From contig NC_134030.1 of the NCBI RefSeq assembly GCF_964204645.1, positions 4,134,778 through 4,198,777 on the forward strand: 64,000 bases of DNA, written 5' to 3'. The notes under the pieces are model-generated. The model was given only the letters and a program-made list of their open reading frames with translations. It was not told the DNA's origin and made no database searches. A program made the position numbers and the translations under genes. Origin of the DNA: Tubulanus polymorphus (lineage: Eukaryota; Animalia; Nemertea). Of this stretch, positions 12,692 to 22,675 are shown piece by piece (position 1 is the stretch's first letter; the number at the start of each line of letters is the position of its first letter).

Positions 12692-14244
12692 ATGAAATTG
12701 TTTGCGATAGTGTTGGTGGCTTCAGCAGCGACAGTTTGCAACGCCTCCTATAACTGGAATAATGACTGGGATCAGCCTTTAGACTTTCAATGCCCTATCG
12801 GTCAGTACATTAATTTCATAGCGAGCATACACAACAACAAGAAAGAAGATCGACGCTTTAAACTCGAATGTCAACGAGGATTCGTCGGAAGTGAATGTAG
12901 TTGGGCGAATTTTCTTAACGACTGGGATCAGTCGCTGCGTTTTACGTGTCCGGACGACGGTATAGTGACTGGTTTATACAGCTATCATAGCAATCATTAT
13001 GAGGATAGATCGTGGAGAGTGCGATGCTGCAAGGTACGTTTATAAGTATAATTCTTTCGAAACTGTTTCGTGTTTTATTCGCATTAAATCAAATCCATAT
13101 CGAATATTGACAACGAAGAAAGAAAGATGAGTTTCCATTATCAGAAATGTCTTAAAAACATGGCATATGAATGAAATGTATCTTAAGGATATTTTTTGCT
13201 AAATCCTAAATCTGTATATTAGCAAATTTGCTGATGATTGTAATTTAGAATTTGGTGTGCATTTCAGTTGATGACCCGACCGGGGCGAAGCTGTTACTGG
13301 ACTAGTTGGCTCGCAGATTGGGATCAGGAGATTAATTTTCGTCTAATCAGCGGAGCGGCTATTGTCGGCTTAGCCAGTATCCACAATAGTAGAAAGGAGT
13401 AATTAACAGTCATTCAGTTACTAAATTGGAAAAAGAATTCTCAGAATTATCTTCTCGTAGAGCGGTAATAAATCAATCGTAAGATATTGCAATAACGTAC
13501 TAATACATGGATGTTTTGTTTCACTACAGGGACCGTCGTTACAAGTTACAAATATGTAATTTTGCCAACTGCAAAGCTGTTCATATGAAAATCCTGAGCG
13601 AGATACGTTCTCGTCTCACAGGGTCACGTGTTGTTGGTATCGCCACGACTCAAGGTTGTTCACCTGATCAAGAGTTTATGTTAAGTCTCGGCAGCACAGA
13701 TTCATTAACGGAAACCGCTTCAATCACTTCAACTACATCCAAGTCTTACGTCTACGAAACATCAATTGCTGTCTCAGCCACATCCTCAGTCTCATTTCTG
13801 GGTAGCGGAGGTTCGGTGTCGTTTGGTGTCGCTCAGACGTTCGGCGGCTCGACGACGTGGGAATCGTCGCGCACGAAGGAAACGTCGACAGTGGCAGAAA
13901 GTTCCGCGTCAACAGAAGTGACATTCACCGGTCCCGGGGCGGCTTTGATTATGGGGAACGTCAAAGAATATAAATTCCAATCTGACCAGGTCGATGTAGA
14001 AATTGACGTGTCGTGTGACGACGGAAGTCGTTATAAGCAAAAAGACGTCGTCAATTTGAAAATGAAAACGTACGGTGTAACGCACTATTCCTCTTACACC
14101 GGCAAATTCAAACCCGATCAATGTTCGAGGAAAACTAATGAATGCATCAGGAATCTAGAGGGAGATAAAGTAAACACCCCGTATTATATTGTCGACCAAT
14201 TTAAACGGTGTTTTGATGAAGTTGGGACTTTCTACGGTAAATAA
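12692..14244 (+). CDS. Secreted dermatopontin/HAAF + aerolysin-like pore-forming protein, paralogue 3 (395 aa)
   Basis: Exons 12692-13033 (an in-frame upstream ATG exists at 12665), 13268-13398, 13530-14244; same structure as paralogues 1 and 2; signal peptide MKLFAIVLVASAATVCNA. Confidence 0.85.
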
Positions 14245-14827
14245 AACGTAATTTTCTACATTGTGTAGTTAAGGCTTTTACCCCTGTTGCAGAAACCAAT
14301 TCCACACACATTTCCATCATGAATATTTATTCCATAAAAATGTGTTATATATATATTTTTTTTCATTATAAATCATTGGTGATAGAAAAGCTGAATATTC
14401 ATGTATTCTTACAACAAAAGGGAATTCATAGTATTTAACATATATTATAAATTTCACTCCAGCAAACACATTTAGACATTAAGACGTGTGTCTAGAAAAT
14501 ATATTTTAAGATCTAAGGAATTATTGAGGTGTAGAGCGGATATGTTTCTGCTGGACGTTCCAGTGGACGGTTAGGAATACATGAATGACATAAACAAGTA
14601 AAACACATTATAATGAATATCTTATTTGATGTATGATTCCATATTAATCTTTTTATAGAACTTCAGATACTTCCATTTGTGCTTATATCTCGAATGAATA
14701 AAAAAAAAGAAAAATAACATAATAAAATGTGTTATATCATATTAAATCAAACTATTGAAAATGAAGGGAGAGGACTCATCATTTAAGAATCTAAGATCAA
14801 ACAAAATCAAATGCAATTGTTAGCGTC

Positions 14828-14925
14828 CTGGGCCCAGTTTTATAGTTGTAAATTAAGAGTTAAAATCAGGTCATTTTCTTTGCTCTATCGTCAAATTTAA
14901 CTCAGAACTGTGGAACTTGATCCAG
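14828..14925. mobile_element. MITE family A copy overlapping the 3' end of the MFS gene
   Basis: ctgggcccagttttatagtt...aactgtggaacttgatccag; similar to 8589-8702. Confidence 0.65.
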
Positions 14926-16566
14926 TGTGCCATTTATTTTTACTACGATACAATCATTTCCGTGAGTGATGTCTTTCCGGAAAATGTCTGAACAATGTTT
15001 CATCCAGCTTTCGAAACTGGCAATGATCATTGTCAAGCCCAATGCCAAGAGACCGAGAGCAGCAAGCGCGTTGCCGAGGAAGGCAAGACCTGTCACACTA
15101 GAACCCGTTACTTTCCCGATGAAACCTGAAATTTAGAATAAAACTATAATGCGAGAAAATGAACATTTTCATCAAATCCTTTTAACCGAAATTTCACTCT
15201 TGATCGATTCATCATCTTTCATAATAACTACGAAAGAAGATACTTACTTATGGATGCTGGACCGATGAAGAGGGACAATACATCCGATTTGATATTACAT
15301 ACGTAAATATCGTAGATCGTAACGACTTGATGAAGACGCGACGTTCTAGAGTAGTGAAAACCCATAACTAAACCAACGAACACGCCGCAAATACACGCCA
15401 TAATAACAGTCGAAATGAAATGCATATGTAACACGAAATACAAGATGGCCGACATGGACGCGATCAGCGCTATCCATAGATAGCCTTCGTCGAAGTCTGC
15501 GTAACACGTGGCTAAAGTTTGTCCCAAAGTTCGGCCCAGAAACTGCGGTACGTGACTAACGAAGACCATCACAATCGTGTAGAATACTGGAGCACGTTCG
15601 GTCAACATCATCTCTGACATCATGTAGTATAGAATGATAGCGTCGACCGCCCATAACGTTTCAGCTATAGCTATCGGGCCCAACGAACATGTTTTCAACG
15701 AGTTATTCCGACAAGTATCCGTATAATCGAAGGAAACGTCAGCTTTCGAAACCGCACTTTGCGCCTTTTTCGACCATTTCCAAATGAATATTACAGAGAA
15801 AATCATCGATAAGGCCAAAGGTATGAATATATGTCCGTGCCATCGGTGTCGCTTCTTCGCAAGTTCGTACACGTAGGGAAGACCGATTTGGGCAGCGCCG
15901 CCCCCGGATAACACGATGCTGTCGGCCGCCAGACGATATCGCTCGTCTACTGTGCGCAGTGCTGATACGACGAGCACTGGTAGCATTACGACTGCTGCTC
16001 TCACGGCTACAAACATAACGAGATAATTAATCCACTGATGAATAACTCCATATTGCTTTAATTGTCATCAACAAATCTTAACGATATTAAAAAAATTAAA
16101 TCGAAATTCAGCAATACTGACAGCCGTAGCACATCGAGAAAAAGATATATACTTACTCAAAATTATTATGTAAATTGCATATTTCCAAACGTGAACCTCA
16201 AAACTCAATCCGATGATGAGTACCGTATATGCTAGTATTACGATTAAACGTAGCCATAATCTTTCAGTATGATAAACTACAAAAACTGAAATCAAAATGT
16301 CGATACATCATTACGTACCTTCCAAAATCATTTTAAATGTACATTCTGGTTGATTGGTTCAGAATTGCATAATCGGTGTCGCGCAACTTACCAAATAATA
16401 CTGGGATAACCAACACCAAAGAGTTATACCATATTTCTGTCGCTGGAATTTCTAGATATCTATCCAGCCATTCCGTCTGTAGTATCCCCAAGAACGAGGC
16501 CACTATCTGGAACGTTAGGGCTATCAACTTCGTGACGAATATAATACAGAAACTACGCCAAACCAT
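14902..16566 (-). CDS. Highly divergent MFS transporter, SLC16/monocarboxylate-transporter-like (~428 aa)
   Basis: Proposed exons 16566-16392, 16276-16197, 16055-15248, 15125-14902 give a continuous frame. Multiple TM segments; RYRLAADSIVLSGGGAAQIGLPYVYELAKKRHRWHG resembles the MCT motif KRRSLATGIAVSGSGxGxxxxPxxxxxLxxxYGWRG. The exon 2/3 junction uses a weaker donor (gttcac). Confidence 0.6.
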
Positions 16567-18619
16567 AGCGATTCACATCACAAAATAACAGTTCACGAAA
16601 ATTACCCTAATTTGCGTCGAATATCTTTAAGGATTTATTTCTCCACCCGCAACATCATATCCGCATAATACTTTATGTTCTCCAAGGTGATCTGTTTCCA
16701 AGCTGAGATCGGATATATTGTGATTACCTATGTATTGACAAGTACAGACTGACGCGTATATTTCATGTATATTACATAGACTAGCCTCGCTAACAATTCA
16801 TTGTAACCATTTCCCACTGACCATTGTATATTGTGGTGTTAATAAACCTGTTTGTGGTGATTTTAATGCGCGCTGTGCCCAGCATAGCGATGTGAATCAT
16901 TACGGATTTTCATTGTAATTATCGAAATATTGTTCGTCCCCAACGTACATCTGAACCCTCAGGTAGCGCGTATGAACGTGCACGGTCTTTTATCTGCCTG
17001 TTACCGGGCTAGCAAAGAAATGACTCTAAGAAAATGATCTCAATGTCAGTGACCATTCCATATTATTGAATAACAAATGCCACGACCCAAGCGCCAAACG
17101 TGGAAGCCATAATGATGTTAATATTTAAGATTTATATAAAGCGCATGTTTTATTTTTAAAAAAATGTTCACCAGCGCACCACAGAAAAGCAGCTGTTTTA
17201 AACTGTGTTTAAATGTGTTCAGATTTTTACAAATTTTCCGAATTTCTGAATCCAAAGGGTTTCAGGGGAAATAGATTGGAAGCAACGTCCACCAAATCTT
17301 TTAAGACGGTTGGACGGGACGTGCATATGGAACTATCAAATCTTGTATGTAACAGGAGCCAGGTTGTTCAGAAACTTGAACACAAAAAGGAAAATTCTAA
17401 ATTTGATTCGCTGTTGCACAGGTAGCCAGTGAAGGGAAGCCAACACTGTAATGTAATCGTAATCTCCTTGAAATTCATTTGTGAATTCATTCACTGTTTT
17501 TCCAAGCAGATGATGTTACTAGGATATTTTTGAGTGATTGTAATTCTTTTCCATCGCAAAATTCAGTGAAATACTCGTTTTGGTAAAAAACTCGGATATC
17601 TTTGCTGACTGTATCTCAACCATTGCACTCGGCTCGACTACGTAATTCTGAAATGGACGATTCGAAAACAAAGGCTATAATGTAAAAACTCGGTATATTT
17701 ACTTATAGATTCTATCTCTTCTGAACGTTCGACAGTCTCTACCATAATGTCAATACGCGGGTTACACGGAAATAGCGCCGCTATAAATCCGTGTGTGTCA
17801 ATTACTAGTATTGATATTTTTGTATTATGTAATTAACATCGTTTCCTCAAACCTACAAAACTCCTTCGTGCTAATGCAATATGATACAAAAAAATATGCT
17901 CATTTTCATATTATAATAAATGATTGTATAATTGTTTTGATAAAGTGACTCAAGCTGTTTGATTTCTCCCGAGTCCAATTAAAATCATAATATGGAAATG
18001 AGGAATAGATTGTTACTAAAAAGAGTGTATATCATGTCATACGTTTATAGCCATATGCGAGAAAGACATCGGAGAACGTAAAAAAACATCTATTAGCGGC
18101 TTAGCAGGGAAAAGTCTTGTTTAAATATTGACGATGACAATGTACATATACAACAAATGAAAAGTACGGTTCTCGCCGATATTAATTGGTTACAGCGCGC
18201 GATCAACTGCATTGCGAGTAAATCGCGTCGTAGCAACAGTGTATGGCGTAAATCGGGTTCAAAGTGTGTTAGAAAATGCGGAAAAAATTCTCAATGAAAG
18301 GTAGGTCTATTTGATGTTTTGATCGAATAAGTGAAGAAAAAAAACAAACAGACTGGGAGAGTGATACCTAGTTAAAATGTTAAAAAATACTAAATCAATG
18401 ATAGAGTAACAAAGTGACAGAGAAACAAGTTATGTATAGATACGAGATCACCGGGGATCGAACCTGATACGCACAAGACAATCGATAACCCATTGGACCA
18501 GTGATCAAATAGCTCGCTCGATATTGTAGCATTGCGTAACACACACGACGCTTGAGAAACACGGAAACAGAGAACAGAATCATGTTTCCAAGCGTTCCCC
18601 TGTGTCGTGTGCGTTGGGC

Positions 18620-18767
18620 TCCAGGAGCCGGTTGCATAGTCATGGCTTAGACTTAAGACCAGTCTAAGACCAACTTAGTTCTATAGCCAATCTAACAACT
18701 TGAGACCAGTCTTAAGATTTAAGACTACTTTCGGACTTAAGTCACGACTGTGCAACTGGCTCCTGGA
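18620..18767. mobile_element. MITE with ~30-bp TIRs just upstream of the TRPV-like ORF
   Basis: tccaggagccggttgcatagtcatggcttag...cttaagtcacgactgtgcaactggctcctgga; internal repeats of (c)ttaagacc. Confidence 0.75.
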
Positions 18768-18819
18768 AAGTTTGCTTTTCATTCAAAGACTGACTTCTAA
18801 GTTCTGTACATTTTAGACG

Positions 18820-20667
18820 ATGACAGAAACAATGTTGCTTCAAGTCAGAGGCCTTCCGTCTACATCGATTGAGAATCATACTAATAATCCCGAACAACAA
18901 CAGGGCATCGAATATCTTAAATCGTTCCTGCAATCACCCAAACCACAGATTCCAATCTCTAAATGTTTCGATTTGTTTAAAGCGATCGTCAACGACGATG
19001 GCGATTACGTGAGGAGAGTTTTCAGGCAACTTTCCTCGGATGAAATATCCGCCATACGAGACGCGCGGTTCGTTTACGACCCCGACGACGATAACGTAAT
19101 GAATTGTGGAGCGAACAAGCCAAAGATGGTCGAGACCGGATTCAGCAGTTTCGTTGTACTGGCTGCTATATTCACCGCTTATAACGTGTTGAAAATACTG
19201 CACGATTACGAATTCGATTTTTCTGCGTCGGACACTGGCGGGAATAACCTGGCGCACGGTCTCGTGCACGCCGCTACCGAACTGCCGCAAATTGAAACCA
19301 AACTCACCGACGTTTACTGTTGGTTGGTGCGCGAAGAACTCGTCCTACCAACCGAGCTACTTCTCCGCGAAAACGAAGCCGAATTTCGACCGTTGGAACT
19401 GGCCGCTAAATTCGGCACGTTCGAATTATTAGCGAAATACGTTGACGCGGATGGTGTGTACAGACGCGTCGTGTCTAGACGCGGCTTCATCACCACGTAC
19501 GAATACGATTTCTCCGACTACGAAACGTTTCAATGGTCGAATCGTCGCAAACATTCGCCGTTGCGTCTGTTGAGTTACATTCGAGAATCGGAGATCGGCG
19601 CGTTCTCTCGTTTCCTGATCGAATGTCCGGCCGTCCAGAAATGGATGTCGCGTAAGATAACGCGATTCCTGCCTATATCTATACCGTTCTCACTATATAC
19701 GTTAGTGTCCGTGTTTTCCTATATTACGGTCGTGTTCGGCGTCGAAGTGACTATCGACACGGCTGATAAGCCCGGCCCCAGTCCGGTGAGTTACCTCAGT
19801 AACGCGAGCGCGTTTTCCATCGGTTCGACGTATAACGCCCGCGTGGCCATGTCCATATGCGTCGTCACTAGTTTCTTTAACGTTCTCGGATTCATTTTTG
19901 TCGCCGTCTTCATCATCAGAAACAACACGTGCGCCACGACATTCAGACGACCGAATATCCGAACCGGAGGATTAGTCGTCAAATCGGCGTTTTTTATCGT
20001 CTGCTCGTTTCTAGTCAGTCTGTCGATTCTGTACACGTTCATACCGATACTAGTGCAGGGCAGCATCAAAATTAACGGCCGTTTAATGTTGACCTTGTTT
20101 AACTTATTGCTCGCATTCAATACGACCGTTTGTGTTTGGGATCTGATGTCCGTTTTTCAATTACTGCCATTTTGCGGCCATTTTATCATGGGCTTCAAAC
20201 GCATGATGAACGAACTGGCGCAGTTCTCTATCGTCGCCGTCCTGCTGTTCGTATCATTCGGGTTCGCATTTTACGCTATGTTGCACGGTCTTTCCAGCAG
20301 TTTTACGAGGTCCGATTTCAACAGCCTCCAGAACAGCCTATACTCGGTATTTCTAATGATGCTGAACATGATCGACATGAAATATTATTACGACCAAAAA
20401 GCGTTATCGACGAGTATCGCTTTATTACACGTCGGCTTCGTTCTGATCGTAAGCGTTTTGTTGTTGAATTTTCTGATCGCTGTCGTCATCGACGCGTTTG
20501 GTAAAATACGCGACCACCAGGAATGCCTGAAGCTTCTACTGCGGTTCCAATTCACGACCGTGTGTGAACCGTTCATTTCCGTGCTCTGCAGGCGACGAAG
20601 CTGGGATTACGCGAATGACATCGCCATTTTCACTTTGACAGAGTATACTACTGATATAAGAGACTGA
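18820..20667 (+). CDS. TRPV-like (TRPV5/6-type) cation channel, intronless CDS, 615 aa
   Basis: Ankyrin-like motifs (DTGGNNLAHGLV; RENEAEFRPLELAAKFG), YEYDFSDYE strand before the membrane domain, several TM helices, pore helix FNSLQNSLYSVFLMML and S6 LLLNFLIAVV. Confidence 0.8.
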   Translation: MTETMLLQVRGLPSTSIENHTNNPEQQQGIEYLKSFLQSPKPQIPISKCFDLFKAIVNDDGDYVRRVFRQLSSDEISAIRDARFVYDPDDDNVMNCGANKPKMVETGFSSFVVLAAIFTAYNVLKILHDYEFDFSASDTGGNNLAHGLVHAATELPQIETKLTDVYCWLVREELVLPTELLLRENEAEFRPLELAAKFGTFELLAKYVDADGVYRRVVSRRGFITTYEYDFSDYETFQWSNRRKHSPLRLLSYIRESEIGAFSRFLIECPAVQKWMSRKITRFLPISIPFSLYTLVSVFSYITVVFGVEVTIDTADKPGPSPVSYLSNASAFSIGSTYNARVAMSICVVTSFFNVLGFIFVAVFIIRNNTCATTFRRPNIRTGGLVVKSAFFIVCSFLVSLSILYTFIPILVQGSIKINGRLMLTLFNLLLAFNTTVCVWDLMSVFQLLPFCGHFIMGFKRMMNELAQFSIVAVLLFVSFGFAFYAMLHGLSSSFTRSDFNSLQNSLYSVFLMMLNMIDMKYYYDQKALSTSIALLHVGFVLIVSVLLLNFLIAVVIDAFGKIRDHQECLKLLLRFQFTTVCEPFISVLCRRRSWDYANDIAIFTLTEYTTDIRD

Positions 20668-21449
20668 TCAGCCATTTGAAAAATCTAGATCTCAATTCCC
20701 CTGTTTCGTTCCCGGCAAGTGTGGTGGGGTTGTAAAAGGAACACAACACCAATTCATGTATCCATATGCACATTTTGCGCCATCCCTTTAGCCATCTGGT
20801 ATGAATAATTATCTTTGCTCATTAGAGTATTTTGTAAAACTATGTCGCAAATAATCTTTGAAACTTACCACTCCCCATTTCGCGATCAAAAAGTCTGAAA
20901 TTATGCGAACGATTTTTGGCCGGGGCCACAGTTCATTTGAGTGCAATCGTTATTATACTGCGTGGTATCAATTAAGCTGTTTCTTAAGACAAACACGGAT
21001 ATCACTGTTTTACCGCTACGGTCGATATATCGGTGTATTAACGGATCTGAATTAATAGGCCTCGATGACAGCAATTCAAACAAATCCGCATTAACAATTG
21101 ACAATATTAACTCGCGACAGAAAAACACGCTTCGATGCCGTTAGAATTCGAAGTCTATTCAAAAGGTTGAGATTATGTTGCCATTTTTATATCAGTGCCG
21201 GGAATTTTTTTTCTTTTTCCACACTGCTGCGCATTCACCGACAAGTCAATAACATACCTCACACATAAAACACATATCTGTGAATATAAACTCGCAATGA
21301 TTAACGATATCAACGAAGCGTTTCAGCTGGAAAGTTAATGTTTGGCTACGTCAAGTGGCCCGCGAGGTGAGGTTTAAGTGGCACGGTTAGTTCATATAGC
21401 AGAAAGGGATCTCTCGCTCTTGAAGCACTCTCGAGTATCGCTGTGGATA

Positions 21450-22394
21450 ATGTACACTTTCCGCGGACCGGAAATTCTACCAGAAAAACTGAAAATCGAA
21501 AAGTTCAAACGGGAATTATGCGCGAACGCGGAAACAGCGCGAAGTAACAATTATCTAAATGTGAATCAGTTAAAGTTCAACGCGAAACCGCGGCAATTTG
21601 ACAAATTGCCATCGATTCATCGATGGACCGATTGTGAAAGCAACGTTAGCCTCGCTAGGTCGACGGATAGCTCCGTACAGTTAAACCGACAGAACAGTCA
21701 CTCGGAGATAAATACTGAACCTCTAACACAATCGACGGACAAAGCGATATCATGGCGTCTACCAGCTTTGAATACTCATCGCTCAAATAATATCTTGTCT
21801 GATAGTTCGAGCTGGATTTTCAACAGTAAATACAACCACAGTTTCCGCAATTTTCTACACATCACCGAAAGAAGTTGCCCCGTTCACACGAGGTCGCAAC
21901 CGGTCCTCGAGCGACTCATCACCAAACTAGATTCGCCGACCGCCGTTGTCAAACGTGACGTCATCAAGGTACAGTTGCCGAACGCGAATTATCCACAGAG
22001 CGATGACGATACCCCACCGTCCGAAAATATCGGGCATCAATCTGCGAACGGTACTGATGAAGGTGCGCAAGTGATGAAATCGGACAACGTGGGCGAAAAC
22101 CCGAAATTGCTCGGCGTCCGTGGCTACGTCGGGCGTCAGGGGCGTCAGAAAACATCCATAGAAAAAGAACTATCCTTTAAAGATCTGTCGTCGATCAATC
22201 GGGAAAAAAGAGTTACGCTGCAAAATAATTGGATATTGTACAACAAGAGGGAATCGGCGCGGAAGTCATATAACGGAAGCAAATTACCGAAGGTAATCCG
22301 CGGATGTCGCCAGACGTTGAAAGATATCGACACCGAACACGGAGAACTTAATAAATTACACGATTTGGTGAAGAGATACGTAAAAACACACTGA
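21450..22394 (+). CDS. Uncharacterised single-exon protein, 314 aa from the first ATG, hydrophilic and probably disordered
   Basis: ORF of 945 nt (open from 21378), far longer than chance in this AT-rich DNA; no recognisable domain. Confidence 0.55.
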   Translation: MYTFRGPEILPEKLKIEKFKRELCANAETARSNNYLNVNQLKFNAKPRQFDKLPSIHRWTDCESNVSLARSTDSSVQLNRQNSHSEINTEPLTQSTDKAISWRLPALNTHRSNNILSDSSSWIFNSKYNHSFRNFLHITERSCPVHTRSQPVLERLITKLDSPTAVVKRDVIKVQLPNANYPQSDDDTPPSENIGHQSANGTDEGAQVMKSDNVGENPKLLGVRGYVGRQGRQKTSIEKELSFKDLSSINREKRVTLQNNWILYNKRESARKSYNGSKLPKVIRGCRQTLKDIDTEHGELNKLHDLVKRYVKTH

Positions 22395-22675
22395 AAGACA
22401 GAGTTTTTATCATGCGAAGCGATACTCTGTTTATTCAACTAAAATTCGTGTTTTATTTCATTCATTGTTAATTAACGAGACGAAGATGTACGTATACAAT
22501 GTGCTTTATAAGTATATACATTTAACCGCTTGCTGTTTATCGTGGTGTGCATACGTAACTAGATCTATTTCGCCTATACGCGCATACAAACATCAAATCT
22601 GTGTGATTTAATTGTGTAATATGTTTGAAATGAAACAAACTACAGCGCGTATTCTTCGTTTGCATGTTCTTCGAC

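Noticed and set aside
18934-20576. Antisense and alternate-frame ORFs over the TRPV-like gene (similar ones overlap SLC45 and NHLH)
   Set aside because: Shadow ORFs arising from codon bias in the real CDS.
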